Assembly: GCA_035531675.1 (NCBI GenBank)
Contig: DATKSL010000033.1
Span: 27,367-91,366, forward strand
Source of the DNA: Candidatus Binataceae bacterium
GTDB lineage: Bacteria; Desulfobacterota; Binatia; Binatales; Binataceae
Direction: 5' to 3'
DNA: 64,000 bases
In this document: one piece after another, positions 8,218-18,914 of the stretch
Layout of the letters: every line of letters begins with the position of its first letter
How positions within the stretch are numbered: position 1 is the stretch's first letter
The notes under the pieces: generated by a model
Databases searched by the model: none
Told to the model about the DNA's origin: nothing
Seen by the model: the letters and a program-made list of their open reading frames with translations, nothing else
Translations under genes and position numbers: made by a program

Positions 8218-9597
8218 TCAGCGGCGCGCGCGGACTTTCCGCGGCGCGCTGCTCATGTAGTCGAGCCAGGCGCGGAATTGATTACGAATCGGCAGCTCGC
8301 TGGTCCCCAGACCGGTGGTCGTTCCATCTGACCGAACATCGTCGTCCAGGTTGCGACCCAAATCGATCCACTCAGGACGTTTCGCCGCCAACCCTTCCTG
8401 CACCCGATTGTAGATCTCGACGTCGTCAGCCATCACCATCGCGGACGGCGAGTTCTGCACGTTCGCAAAGGTCAGCGCCCGCGAACTGTTCTCGGCGGGC
8501 GCTCCGAGCAATCGGAACTGATAGGCCTCGACCACAGTGCGATCGACGGCCAGCGGCCTGATAACCCGCATCTGCTGATAGGCGGCCTGGGTAGTGACGC
8601 TGGGATAGATGATCGTGTTGTGGCGATTGACGGACAGAATCTCTGCCGCGCGCTGCCGGCCGTGACTTTTCTCGAGCGCCGTCACATAGGACGGCGGGAA
8701 ATTGGCCGGGTTGAAGAATCCGCCGATAAAGCTATGTCCCCGCGGGTATACCGTCGAGCCGATTTTTTCCCAGGTTTCATACGATGAGCCGTTGCGCTCG
8801 ACCGCCGAGATTATTTCAGCGGCAAAAGAGCGGGCCAGCGACTGGTCGTCCTCGGCGAGCCGTGTGCGGGCCGCCTCCACCGTGGATTCATGGACTACCC
8901 GCGCATGCATCGCGTCCATCAGGTTTTCGAGGAACAGTTTCCAGTTGGCACGCATCAGCAATCGGAACGGGCGCCCGGCGAGCTCGATGCGGCCAGCCGG
9001 CGAGCGGTTGACCATGTCAGTCAGCGAACTGACCGTGCCGCCGAGAAATTCCTTGAGGCCGGGTCCGCCGCTGGCGAGCTTGCCGAAGACGAAGCCGCTG
9101 AAGCTGTCGATACATGGCAGCCGTTGCATCGAAAGCTCCGCGCTTGCGGCCCGCAACCGAGCCTGATCGTAGCCGCGTCGCAGTGGGACCGACAGCAGCG
9201 CGCCGTCGTGGCGGAAGGTCCAGCCGTGATACGGGCAACGAAGGAACGCGACATTGCCCCCAGGCAGCGCCGCAACCTTGTTCCCGCGATGACTGCAGCG
9301 GTTGTAGAGGGCATGCAGCGCGCCCTCGCGGTCCCGCGTCAACACCACCGGTTGATTACCGATGGTCGTGGTCAGAAAATCGCCGGGTTCGGGTAGCTGG
9401 CTCTCGTGGCCCAGAAAAACCCAGGCGCGGCCGAAGATGCGCTCCATCTCGAGCTCGAAGATCGCCGGATCGGTGTAGACGCTGCCATGCACCCGCTCGC
9501 GCTTGACCAATTTTCTGATCGCCGCAGCGCTATACTTGTTATGGTTCATATCGATCTTCAGGTTGCGATAATCCGGCTTCAGCGGCCCGTCGGCCAC
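8218..9597 (-). CDS. Rieske [2Fe-2S] ring-hydroxylating oxygenase alpha subunit
   Basis: CSHRGNKV...CPYHGW Rieske motif plus a catalytic domain. It lies 18 nt downstream of the hyuB-like gene on the same strand. Confidence 0.85.
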   Translation of the reverse strand: MADGPLKPDYRNLKIDMNHNKYSAAAIRKLVKRERVHGSVYTDPAIFELEMERIFGRAWVFLGHESQLPEPGDFLTTTIGNQPVVLTRDREGALHALYNRCSHRGNKVAALPGGNVAFLRCPYHGWTFRHDGALLSVPLRRGYDQARLRAASAELSMQRLPCIDSFSGFVFGKLASGGPGLKEFLGGTVSSLTDMVNRSPAGRIELAGRPFRLLMRANWKLFLENLMDAMHARVVHESTVEAARTRLAEDDQSLARSFAAEIISAVERNGSSYETWEKIGSTVYPRGHSFIGGFFNPANFPPSYVTALEKSHGRQRAAEILSVNRHNTIIYPSVTTQAAYQQMRVIRPLAVDRTVVEAYQFRLLGAPAENSSRALTFANVQNSPSAMVMADDVEIYNRVQEGLAAKRPEWIDLGRNLDDDVRSDGTTTGLGTSELPIRNQFRAWLDYMSSAPRKVRARR

Positions 9598-9614
9598 CGG
9601 CGACGTTTAGCCAA

Positions 9615-11765
9615 TCACCAGCCGGGAGGTTGCTCCACCCGATCATAGATCGGCGGCATATCATCCGATGCGACTTCGACCTCCAGCACCGTGGCGCATC
9701 TGGGACAGAAGAACTCGCGCAAGAAGAACTCGGTATCTTCGTTTCTGAGCGGTCCGGCGCCGGCCAGGGAGGATTTTCGTGTCGCCGCCTGGTCCTTCCA
9801 GTTGGTAACCGAAGAAGATAGCAATTTCCCGCACCAGGTACACTGAACCATCGTAACGTCATGCAGCCTGGTGACCTGCAGGTATTCGCCGAGACGGTAA
9901 CCGGTACGAGCGATTTCGCGACGCTCGGTCATCTCGCGCGGCACGGGATGGCCAACTCGCTGCTCTCGAATGGCCAGCCTGAGATTGCGCGTGGCTTCGA
10001 AATCGATCGCGTTCCGTTGCTCGTCAATGATTACGCCGTAAATATCGCGGGCCGGCACCTTCGTAACCAGTCCCATCTGCAAATCCTGCAGTACCAGCGC
10101 CGGCGCTCTCTCGAGCGGGTCTCCATAACCGCCCCCGCCGTCAGGGCGGAGGTAGAGGATGTCCTTGGCATGAACCTGGATCGTGCGGGCGCGCACATCC
10201 TCGCGCGACTCGCCGTGCGTCGAGGAAAAATCGCTCGGCAGTTCGGCCGAGTTGCCATTGACGATCAGCGTGCTTTCGGTGCTGCAACCCGGATAGCCAC
10301 CGAAGATACCCTGCCCGCCGAGGAAGCCTCGTCCCTTCCCGGGCGTAACGCCCGCGAAAAAACCATCGCCCTGGCCGCCGCGCGGTATGACGGCGATCTC
10401 ATGGCATGGCCCGCCGCGAAATTTACCCGGTCCACCTGAGTCCGGAACGACTCGTCGATAGAGGAACATTTTCGGGAAGGCCTGTTCTTCGAATTCGACG
10501 TTGGGAAATTTCTGCGCGATATTTACGATATGGCCGCCGGAGGCGGCGCCGTCCATGAACGACCGTGCCCCCTCCGCCATCCCGAACGGATCGCCACCCA
10601 TCGCGCCGACCTGCTCGCCCCAGCGATTCTGCCCGTAAGTGGAGTAGACCACCTGCGAGGCCATCCAGCAGGCCACCGCGCGGCGGCTGTATTTCTCGCT
10701 CGCGCCGACCATTTTCGAGAGCACGGCGACCGACAGCATATTGACGCTGTGCACGCACGCGATGGTGGCGAGCGATACCGGTGCGGGGCGTTGGCAGTTA
10801 ACCAGGCTGCCGACCGGGGCCTTGACTTCGAGACATCGGACGATGCCCTCGTTCCAGGTCAGGTCCCACGCCAGGATCGGGAACAACGGCGCTATCGACG
10901 CGCCTTTGGTTGACCAGTAGCAGCAGTTGATTCCGTACGGCGCCTGTTCATCGCTGCCCTCGAAATCGTAGCTCAGTTGGTCGCCGTCCTTGGATGCGGC
11001 TAGTTCCAGCCGATAGGTTTTGTCGGGCAGGTCGAGATACTGCCGAGCCTTCCAGGTCCCGTCCGGAAGCTCGCGCAAGCGCTGCCGCAGCAAAGTTTCC
11101 GATTGTTCGATAAGCAGCTTGCCGACGCTATCCACGCTCTCGACGCCGTAGTCAGTATACAACTGCTGAAGACGGAGTTTTGCGACATGGTCGGCGGCGA
11201 GTTGCGAACGCAGATCGAGACCCGTCATCTCGGGGTCCCGGATCATATTCATAAAGGTATCCAGAACATCCTTTCTGATCTTGCCGCGCTCGACGAGCTT
11301 CAAACCCTTGGTAGCGAAGCCTTCCTGAAAGCATTCACGCGCGTTGGCGCAGAACCCGCCGAAATCAATACCGCCGATGTCGGTTACGTGAACATAATTG
11401 ACTACCCAATTGACGAGTTTGCCTTCGAAATGCACCGGCGAAATCATATAGATGTCCGGCGCATGCATCGCGACTGTGTAGGGATCGTTGACCATGAAGA
11501 TGTCGTTCTCGAAAATTCCCGGATCGTCGGCGAAGCTCTGCACCACGTGCTTGACCGCCTGGGTGGCCGGGACTGTGTGATGGAGAAATCCCAACCCGCT
11601 CAGCAACATGGTGCCATCGGCACGATACAGCGCGACGAGCAGGTCGTGCCCTTCGGCGGTTACTGCGGTACCCGACGCGTTGCACAGCGTAATTATCGCT
11701 TCGTCGATAATTCTGAAGAGCTTGTGCCTGATGATCTCGAACGTGAACGGATCGACCTTACCCAT
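9615..11765 (-). CDS. Hydantoinase B/oxoprolinase (HyuB/acetone carboxylase alpha-like) family protein with a C-terminal 4-Cys zinc ribbon
   Basis: The N-terminus DPFTFEIIRHKL is typical of HyuB. The C-terminus CTWCGKLL...CPRCATVLEV is a zinc ribbon. ATG at 11765 has an AAGAGG RBS; the track ORF begins 15 codons upstream. Confidence 0.8.
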   Translation of the reverse strand: MGKVDPFTFEIIRHKLFRIIDEAIITLCNASGTAVTAEGHDLLVALYRADGTMLLSGLGFLHHTVPATQAVKHVVQSFADDPGIFENDIFMVNDPYTVAMHAPDIYMISPVHFEGKLVNWVVNYVHVTDIGGIDFGGFCANARECFQEGFATKGLKLVERGKIRKDVLDTFMNMIRDPEMTGLDLRSQLAADHVAKLRLQQLYTDYGVESVDSVGKLLIEQSETLLRQRLRELPDGTWKARQYLDLPDKTYRLELAASKDGDQLSYDFEGSDEQAPYGINCCYWSTKGASIAPLFPILAWDLTWNEGIVRCLEVKAPVGSLVNCQRPAPVSLATIACVHSVNMLSVAVLSKMVGASEKYSRRAVACWMASQVVYSTYGQNRWGEQVGAMGGDPFGMAEGARSFMDGAASGGHIVNIAQKFPNVEFEEQAFPKMFLYRRVVPDSGGPGKFRGGPCHEIAVIPRGGQGDGFFAGVTPGKGRGFLGGQGIFGGYPGCSTESTLIVNGNSAELPSDFSSTHGESREDVRARTIQVHAKDILYLRPDGGGGYGDPLERAPALVLQDLQMGLVTKVPARDIYGVIIDEQRNAIDFEATRNLRLAIREQRVGHPVPREMTERREIARTGYRLGEYLQVTRLHDVTMVQCTWCGKLLSSSVTNWKDQAATRKSSLAGAGPLRNEDTEFFLREFFCPRCATVLEVEVASDDMPPIYDRVEQPPGW

Positions 11766-11966
11766 CGGCTGCCTCTTGTGCCCCGGTTTTCGAGTGGCGG
11801 CCCGGATCAATTAGCAGAAAAGCGGTGAAGAATCAGACCCCTTGCGACTGAGCGCCCGGGGCTTGCAAGTTCGCCAGGGCGGGAGGCAAATAGATCGCGG
11901 CGCGTTGTCGCGGCAAATGCCTACGAATTGAGCTGCCCCTTATCCCCAATTGCGGAGGATCCAACG

Positions 11967-13334
11967 ATGGCCATCCAGTCGATCAATCCAGCCACCGGCG
12001 AGGTGCTGAAGAGTTATCAGGAAATGACGCCGGCGGCAGCGCAGGAGATCGTCGGCAAGACGCACCAGGCGTTTCTCGATTGGCGTCGGACCAGTTTTGA
12101 GCATCGTGCAGCCTTGATGCGCAAGGTGGCGGAGATGCTGCGTGCCAACGCCGGCGAGTATGCGCGCCTGATGGCGCAGGAGATGGGCAAGCCTCTGCGC
12201 GACGGTATCGGTGAGGCGCAAAAGTCCGCGCTGGGATGTGATTTCTACGCCGAGCACGCCGAACGGTTCCTGGCCCGCGAACCGGTAGCGACCGAGGCGC
12301 GCAAAAGCTTCGTCGCCTTTAATCCGCTCGGCGTCGTGCTGGCCGTGATGCCGTGGAACTTTCCGTTTTGGCAGGTGTTTCGTTTCGCTGCGCCGGCGTT
12401 GATGGCGGGCAACGGGGCGGTGCTAAAGCATTCCTCGAATGTGCCGGGTTGCGCGTTGCTGATCGAGGAGATCTTTCAAAGTGCCGGCTTTCCCGAGCAT
12501 CTGTTCCGCACGCTGCTGATTGGCAGCCGGCAGGTCGACGCCGTAATCGAGAATCCGCTGATTCGGGCGGTGACCCTGACCGGCAGCGGCCCGGCCGGCC
12601 GAGCGGTCGCGCGCAAGGCCGGGGAGATGCTCAAGAAGACGGTGCTCGAACTCGGTGGCAGCGATCCTTATCTGATACTCGAGGATGCCGACCTCGAGCT
12701 CGCGACCGCGGTGTGCACCAAGGGACGGCTGGTGAACTCCGGGCAGAGTTGTATCGCGGCCAAACGGTTTATCGTCGTCGACAAGGTTCTAAAGGAGTTC
12801 GAGTCGTTATTCGTCAAACGGATGAGCGCCGCCAAAATGGGCGATCCGCTGAGCGCCGAGACCGAGGTCGGACCGCAGGCTGGTCACGAACTGCGCGACT
12901 CGCTTCATCGCCAGGTCGAGGCCAGTATCGCCAAAGGGGCGCGCTGCCTGCTGGGCGGGACGATTCCCAACCATCCCGGCGCGTACTATCCGCCGACCGT
13001 GCTGACCAACGTCAGCAAGGGGATGCCCGCGTATGACGAGGAATTGTTCGGTCCGGTGGCCGCGATCATCCCGGTGCGGGACGAAGCGGAGGCGATCGCG
13101 ACCGCCAACGACTCGGTGTTCGGGCTCGGCGGGGCGGTGCTCACGCGCGACCTGGCGCGGGGCGAGCATATCGCGGCTGAGATGATCGAGAGCGGCTGCG
13201 TGTTCGTCAACGACGCGGTTCGATCAGACCCGCGGCTGCCGTTCGGCGGCGTCAAGGAGAGCGGTTACGGCCGCGAGCTTGCCGTCTATGGCATCAGGGA
13301 GTTCGTCAACATCAAGACCGTACTGATCGCCTGA
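11967..13334 (+). CDS. NAD(P)-dependent succinate-semialdehyde/aldehyde dehydrogenase
   Basis: ALDH motifs VLELGGSDP, catalytic C (GQSCIAAKRF) and glutamate box; GGAGG RBS before the ATG at 11967. Confidence 0.85.
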   Translation: MAIQSINPATGEVLKSYQEMTPAAAQEIVGKTHQAFLDWRRTSFEHRAALMRKVAEMLRANAGEYARLMAQEMGKPLRDGIGEAQKSALGCDFYAEHAERFLAREPVATEARKSFVAFNPLGVVLAVMPWNFPFWQVFRFAAPALMAGNGAVLKHSSNVPGCALLIEEIFQSAGFPEHLFRTLLIGSRQVDAVIENPLIRAVTLTGSGPAGRAVARKAGEMLKKTVLELGGSDPYLILEDADLELATAVCTKGRLVNSGQSCIAAKRFIVVDKVLKEFESLFVKRMSAAKMGDPLSAETEVGPQAGHELRDSLHRQVEASIAKGARCLLGGTIPNHPGAYYPPTVLTNVSKGMPAYDEELFGPVAAIIPVRDEAEAIATANDSVFGLGGAVLTRDLARGEHIAAEMIESGCVFVNDAVRSDPRLPFGGVKESGYGRELAVYGIREFVNIKTVLIA

Positions 13335-13355
13335 TCGAGGCGTGCACCTCGGCCG

Positions 13356-13679
13356 TTACCGTTCATGCATCAGGATCAGACGCTTGGGGTCGAAGCCGTC
13401 GATGACGGCGGGATTCTTGAACAGCTCGACGGCGTTAGCGACTTCCGCGAACCCGAGCGTCAGGTCCATCAAGCGCTGTTCGCGCTCAGGCATTTTGCCG
13501 AGCTCGAAGCGATCGAGATATTCGAGGATTTTCTCGGTCCGCGGCAGCATCGCCTGGTAGAACTTCGTAATCTCCTCCATCGAGCTGGCCAGCCGTTTGG
13601 CATTACGCGCGCGCTCGGTAGGCAGGCTCCATTCGATGAATGGTTCGAGGTCCGCGAACTCATCGGGCAACAGCGACAT
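13356..13679 (-). CDS. Hypothetical protein (107 aa), co-oriented and immediately downstream of a Rieske oxygenase
   Basis: Protein-like composition (MSLLPDEFADLEPFIEWSLPTERARNAKRLASSMEEITKFYQAML...). The 20-nt gap after the Rieske gene suggests an operon. No recognisable family. Confidence 0.45.
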   Translation of the reverse strand: MSLLPDEFADLEPFIEWSLPTERARNAKRLASSMEEITKFYQAMLPRTEKILEYLDRFELGKMPEREQRLMDLTLGFAEVANAVELFKNPAVIDGFDPKRLILMHER

Positions 13680-13699
13680 CGTGCTCTTCTCCTGGCGTC

Positions 13700-14926
13700 C
13701 TACTGGCTATCGGCCATGCGCGCGACATTGCGATAGAAGCTGCGCAGCAGCACCTCGTTGTCCTGCAGGACGTATTCCTTTAGCACCCCCGAGCTGACCC
13801 CCTCCCAGGTGCTTTCCAGCGTGCTCAGATCTTCCAGCCAGACATCGCGATTGAGCGCCTTCTGATACTCCCAGGTGAAGCGCTCCGACGGGGTGCGCGG
13901 CAGCGGCTGATACATGCGCGTCTCCTGGCGCGTCATGCCGAGCGCGGTCGGCCACATCTCGTGGGTGAAGTAGAAGCCGTTGAAAAGCCCCAGCCACAGG
14001 TTGGGGAAGATCAGGTAAACATCGAAGGCCCAGTTCTCAGTGCGGGTCGGATTGAGGCCGCGCGGGAATTTCTGGAAATCGGAAAAGCCGAAGAGCCGGC
14101 CCATGCTCCAGCGGTTTTCGACCCGCGCCGTGATATCGCGCACCGGCGTATGCCAGTTGCCGTAGCCCGGATAGGAGCCGCGCATATGAGGGCCGAACAG
14201 GCTGATTTCGAGCGGATGGCAGAACGGATTGTCGCCGCCGAGGTGAACGTCGCCGAGCGTGTGCCGATGGAGGAAGGCGACGTGATAGCCCTCGATCTGA
14301 GCGTCGACGGCGAGCTTCCAGTTGCAGCGCAGATCCTCCGCGTAGCCGAAGCTGAACGGGATGCTGAAGGGGTAGCCGGCGACCTCGTCGACCACCGGGC
14401 CCAGGTACTCGCGCAGCGTCTGGGGTGGATGCGGATCGAGGTTGATAAAGACGAAACCCTGCCAGATCTCGGTGGCGACCGGCACCAGTCCGTGGGCCGG
14501 CTTATCGAGATGGTCGAAGTTTTCCTCGTCGGGTACGCCCGTCAACCGGCCGGAAAAGTCATAGGACCAGCCGTGGAACTTGCAAGTCATCAACCGCGAT
14601 TCGCGCCGCCCACACTGCTCACGCGAGACTCGATTGCCGCGATGCGAGCAGACGTTGTGAAAGCCGCGCACCTGGCCATCCTTGCCGCGCATCAGCAGTA
14701 TCGAGGCGTTGCACACCGGCAGATCCCGCACCACGAAGTCGCCCGGACGCGGCAATTCCTCTTCGCGCGCCGCCTTGAGCCAGCAGCGCCGGAAAATGCG
14801 CTGGCGCTCGAGTTCGTGAAATTCCGGCGACATCAGCCGTGTAATCGCCAGCGGCCCCCGGTCGAGTTCCGGATGGGCTTCCGTCCAATGGGTGATGTGG
14901 CCAACGTCCATCGCACTCTCCGTCAT
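13700..14926 (-). CDS. Rieske [2Fe-2S] ring-hydroxylating oxygenase alpha subunit
   Basis: CSHRGNRV...CKFHGW motif; 408 aa. Confidence 0.85.
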   Translation of the reverse strand: MTESAMDVGHITHWTEAHPELDRGPLAITRLMSPEFHELERQRIFRRCWLKAAREEELPRPGDFVVRDLPVCNASILLMRGKDGQVRGFHNVCSHRGNRVSREQCGRRESRLMTCKFHGWSYDFSGRLTGVPDEENFDHLDKPAHGLVPVATEIWQGFVFINLDPHPPQTLREYLGPVVDEVAGYPFSIPFSFGYAEDLRCNWKLAVDAQIEGYHVAFLHRHTLGDVHLGGDNPFCHPLEISLFGPHMRGSYPGYGNWHTPVRDITARVENRWSMGRLFGFSDFQKFPRGLNPTRTENWAFDVYLIFPNLWLGLFNGFYFTHEMWPTALGMTRQETRMYQPLPRTPSERFTWEYQKALNRDVWLEDLSTLESTWEGVSSGVLKEYVLQDNEVLLRSFYRNVARMADSQ

Positions 14927-15322
14927 TGATACCGTCGCTCGCGGTCCAACTTATCGCGCTTCATGATTCGTTTTCGCGTCGTATGAGAATATCGTGCCCC
15001 CGCCCACGGTGTCGACACTGGAGTTCGGGACACCCCGGGGCTGACTCAGGTGACGAAGGTCAGCGCGCGCACGGTTGAATGGAGCCCATCGGCGCCGACC
15101 ACCAAATCGAAGCGACGCGGTGCGCCGTGCTCGAAGGTGACCTGCAGGCCGTCGCTACGCGGCTCGATACGCGTGACGCTGTCGTCTGGCGCTCAGACCC
15201 TGGCGCAGCCCCATCCGCCAGGCAATATCGAGATCAGGATGGATTTGTTCGCCACACTAAGAGCGTAGCAGCTATGGCCTGATGTTAACGCCTATCAGCG
15301 GATACCGATCGGAACTCAGGCC

Positions 15323-15853
15323 CTATTGCGGCTCGGCTTTTGGACCCGCGTCGATTTGGCTCGACACGTTGTGCTGCGTTCCTCGTGCGGCGGGCGGCAA
15401 GATCAAAGTGGGCCGCTGCTCCTGCGCCAAACGAATCTGCTCATGTTTTATCAGGTAGCGAAATGCGTAGTCGGGATCGCCACCAGCGGCGACCCATAAA
15501 GCGACATCCTCGAGGAACGGGTCGTGTTCCGCGCTAGCATCCCGGCGCAGTATACTAACTACCACGGCCCGCTGGCTCTTGATTTGTTCGCGTTTGACTC
15601 GGAGATCTTCAGTCCGAATGCGAACCAGTGCGGCGTTGGCCAGAGTCAATTGGACCTGCGCTGCGTCCATCTGGCGCTGTTCGCCAACGCCTTCGAATCC
15701 TGTAATTCCGGAGCCGATCGTGCCGGCCAAGCCGCTGGCGCTTTGCATCGCCACCTCACTCCCCAGCGTGCAGCCGGTGAAAGACAACGCAAAAAAGACT
15801 AAACAGAGAAGCCCGGGCCGGTTACGAAAGTGGCGCCGATTCACGAGTTGCAA
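15323..15853 (-). CDS. Hypothetical lipoprotein
   Basis: Signal peptide with lipobox LSFTGC; start codon is TTG. Confidence 0.5.
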   Translation of the reverse strand: MQLVNRRHFRNRPGLLCLVFFALSFTGCTLGSEVAMQSASGLAGTIGSGITGFEGVGEQRQMDAAQVQLTLANAALVRIRTEDLRVKREQIKSQRAVVVSILRRDASAEHDPFLEDVALWVAAGGDPDYAFRYLIKHEQIRLAQEQRPTLILPPAARGTQHNVSSQIDAGPKAEPQ

Positions 15854-16031
15854 CCCCTCCGAACCGCCGCCCTCAACGCGTGGTGCGATCGCCGGCTTTG
15901 GCCATAACCCTTAGACGAACAATCTTCCCCGATTGTTCAAGGACTCTTCTCGCTTCAAGTGTCAGGCCGCGTGACTACTATACCGGGCTTACAAGTGAGC
16001 ATCGCAGGCCCGAGAATTGTCCGGGGTTGAC

Positions 16032-17795
16032 CTATCCGCGTTTGACCTTTTGCGACTTAACGAGGCCTTCATCGATCACACTCGCGGCGTCCAGAGCTCC
16101 GGAGAGCTCAATCACTCGCTTATGAAATTTGCGCAGGCTTGGACGATGTCCGATGCTGATGATCGCAATCGGCAAGCGCACAAGCCGCGAATAGAGACGT
16201 TCTTCCGAGGCGATATCGAGAGCGCTGGTGGCTTCGTCGAGGATTGCAAAGCGCGGTCGGTTGAGCAGCAGGCGCGCGAACGCGAGCCGCTGCTGTTCGC
16301 CGCCGGAGAGTACTTCCGCCCAGTTAAGCTCGCTGTCGAGGCCGCCGAATTGCTCGGGCAGGTGGCCAAGATCGACTTGCCGCAAGATCTCCAATAGCGT
16401 TTGGTCGCTGGCGTCGTCGGCCCGCGGATACTGAATCTGCCGCCGAATTGAACCCAGAATCAGGTACGGCTTCTGCGGCATGAACATGATCTCGTCGGCA
16501 GGGGGACGTCGGATTCGTCCGCTACCGAAGGTCCACAGGCCGGCGGCCGCGCGCATCAGCGAAGTCTTGCCGGCGCCGGTCGGCCCGGTGAGCAGAAGTG
16601 CGCCGCCGTCGGTGACTTCCAGTGAGAGGTTGTGCTGTAGAACGCGCGAGCAATCGGGGGTTGCCAGAGTAACGTGCTCAAGGGCGATTCTGCCTTGGTC
16701 CTCCAGCACTTCGATCTGCTCCCCGCCAGCAGCGGACTCGCTGCCGGCGCTCTCGCAGCGCTCTTCAAATGCGGCCAGGCGGTTGACCACCGAAGCGTAA
16801 TCAGTGAGCTCCTGAAATTGATCGACGACCAACGACAGCGAAGACTGCAGGACGGAGAATGCGTACGCGGCCTGGGTGAACTCACCTAGTTCGAAGCGTC
16901 CAGAGAAGTAGGCGCCCGCCAGCACGAAATAGGGGACCAGTCCGGCGGCGTTATCGTAGGCGGCAGTGAGGAAGGTCAGATGACGTTGCCATAGGATAAG
17001 CAACTTGAAGTTGCTGACTACGCGGCTGAACCGCCCTCGCAATTGTTTTTCTTCGTCACGCGCGCCATCGTAAAGGGCGATCGCCTCGGCGTTGTCGCGC
17101 GCGTGTACGAGGGCGAAACGGTAGTCAGCTTCGAAGCGCTGCTGGTTGAAATTGATCACGACCAGAGGGCGGCCGATTACGACTGCCAGCCACGTGCCGA
17201 TTGACGCATAACCGATCATACATACGGCAAGCCCCGGTGAAATCGCCCATAGTATCCAGAAGAACGTTACGGCAGTTACAATCGCCTGCAGCACCGTCAT
17301 CGAGTAGTTAAGCGCACCGCTGGTGAAGCTGTCCACGTCCTCGCTGATTCGCTGATCGGGATTGTCTACCGTATGGTCGCGCATAATGTAGAAGAGCGCG
17401 TTATGCCGCAGCATCCGTTGCACGAATGATCCGGTCATCCAATCGCGCCAATCAATTCCCAGCAGCCCGGTGACATAGGGGTAGAGCGCCGCGATAGGCA
17501 CAAACAGGACGATCCAGAGGCCGAACAGCAGCATTAGATGGTAAAAGCGCGCGGCATCTTTTTCCTGCAGCGTGTTCATTACATCGCGCGACACATAGCT
17601 GAAGATCGCCTGCATCCCGACCGTGCCGAGATTCAACGCGGTTATGATGGTGATCAGCCTCAAGGCCCGCGGGCGCCTTTCCGAGCTCCAGTACGGGCGA
17701 ATCAATCGCGAAAGACGCTGCCAGAAAAGACCATCAAAGCGATCAGAAGTGACGCTGCGGTCGCCGATGTTTTGCGACACCGTGTTCGTGTTCAT
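16032..17795 (-). CDS. ABC transporter, fused permease/ATP-binding protein (ABCD/YddA-SbmA-like)
   Basis: N-terminal 6-TM domain plus NBD with Walker A GPTGAGKTS, signature LSGGEQQR and Walker B ILDEATSALD. Confidence 0.85.
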   Translation of the reverse strand: MNTNTVSQNIGDRSVTSDRFDGLFWQRLSRLIRPYWSSERRPRALRLITIITALNLGTVGMQAIFSYVSRDVMNTLQEKDAARFYHLMLLFGLWIVLFVPIAALYPYVTGLLGIDWRDWMTGSFVQRMLRHNALFYIMRDHTVDNPDQRISEDVDSFTSGALNYSMTVLQAIVTAVTFFWILWAISPGLAVCMIGYASIGTWLAVVIGRPLVVINFNQQRFEADYRFALVHARDNAEAIALYDGARDEEKQLRGRFSRVVSNFKLLILWQRHLTFLTAAYDNAAGLVPYFVLAGAYFSGRFELGEFTQAAYAFSVLQSSLSLVVDQFQELTDYASVVNRLAAFEERCESAGSESAAGGEQIEVLEDQGRIALEHVTLATPDCSRVLQHNLSLEVTDGGALLLTGPTGAGKTSLMRAAAGLWTFGSGRIRRPPADEIMFMPQKPYLILGSIRRQIQYPRADDASDQTLLEILRQVDLGHLPEQFGGLDSELNWAEVLSGGEQQRLAFARLLLNRPRFAILDEATSALDIASEERLYSRLVRLPIAIISIGHRPSLRKFHKRVIELSGALDAASVIDEGLVKSQKVKRG

Positions 17796-18059
17796 CGATA
17801 ATTAGACGTTGGCGACAACGAAACGTATTTTCGAATGTCGCCAGGTTTTTGCCGGCACCGGTCCCATCGTTGCACGACGGCCCGGGGCCGGGACTTAACT
17901 GGGTGCGCGACCCGTCAGCCCCATGGTTGAGCGGGCGACTCGGCTGGCAGGTTGGTTGGGAGAATTGAGATATGGCCGGCGGGCCAGGCGCGAGCAAACA
18001 CGATTGCCGACGGTCTATGACGCCCCAACTACTCTGCGGTCAAAGAAAAGTAAAAAGGC

Positions 18060-18914
18060 TCAGTGCAAAAGCACCAGACTTAGTACTCCAGCCAGAAAAC
18101 AATAGATCGCAAAAGGAGTAAGCGTCCTGCTTTCGAAGTACCTGATCAGGAACTTTACTGAAAAATAGGCGGCGACCGCTGCGCAGGCGGCGCCCATCAG
18201 CGCCGGCCCGATTACCATGCTGCTGCCAGAGGCAAACAACCCGGGCAGCTTGAGAACCGCGGCAGCACCGATAATGGGGGTCGCCAGGAGGAAAGAAAAT
18301 CGCAGCGCATCCTCGTGCGCCAGGCCGACCATCAACCCACCGGCGATAGTCGATCCGGTGCGTGAAAATCCCGGGAGCAATGCAAAAATCTGCATCAGCC
18401 CGACCTTGATCGACTGCCAGTACGACAGCTCGGCGGCGATTCGATGGTCGGCATCGGCCAGCCTGCCGCTATTTTTCGCTTTCCGCCGGAGAATTTCCGC
18501 CAGGTAAAGCATCCCGCCGTTCAGCATCAGAAAGCCGGCAACGTAGGCGGGCGATATGAACAGCTTCTCGACCTGCTTTTGAAATAGCAGTCCGACCAGT
18601 CCGGTCGGAACGGTGCCCACGATCAGCAGCCATCCCAGTTGTGCGTCGGCGTCCACGTTGAGGTTTCGTCGGCGCACGGATCTCGCGATGCCCGAGATGA
18701 TGCGCACCCAATCTTTCCAGTAAAAAAGAAACAGCACCGCGGCTGTGGCGAAATGGGTCGCGACGAGAAACGTCAGAAAGTAGTTCGCGTCGTGATTGAT
18801 ATTCCAACCGAACAGGCCGAGCAGGATGATGCTGTGGCCGAGGCTCGAAATCGGAAAGAGTTCCGAGATTCCCTGGACGAGACCCAAGATTGCCGCCTGG
18901 AAATAGGAGAGCAT
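18060..18914 (-). CDS. uppP: Undecaprenyl-diphosphate phosphatase
   Basis: GISELFPISSLGH and PGFSRTGSTI signature motifs; 284 aa polytopic. Confidence 0.9.
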   Translation of the reverse strand: MLSYFQAAILGLVQGISELFPISSLGHSIILLGLFGWNINHDANYFLTFLVATHFATAAVLFLFYWKDWVRIISGIARSVRRRNLNVDADAQLGWLLIVGTVPTGLVGLLFQKQVEKLFISPAYVAGFLMLNGGMLYLAEILRRKAKNSGRLADADHRIAAELSYWQSIKVGLMQIFALLPGFSRTGSTIAGGLMVGLAHEDALRFSFLLATPIIGAAAVLKLPGLFASGSSMVIGPALMGAACAAVAAYFSVKFLIRYFESRTLTPFAIYCFLAGVLSLVLLH

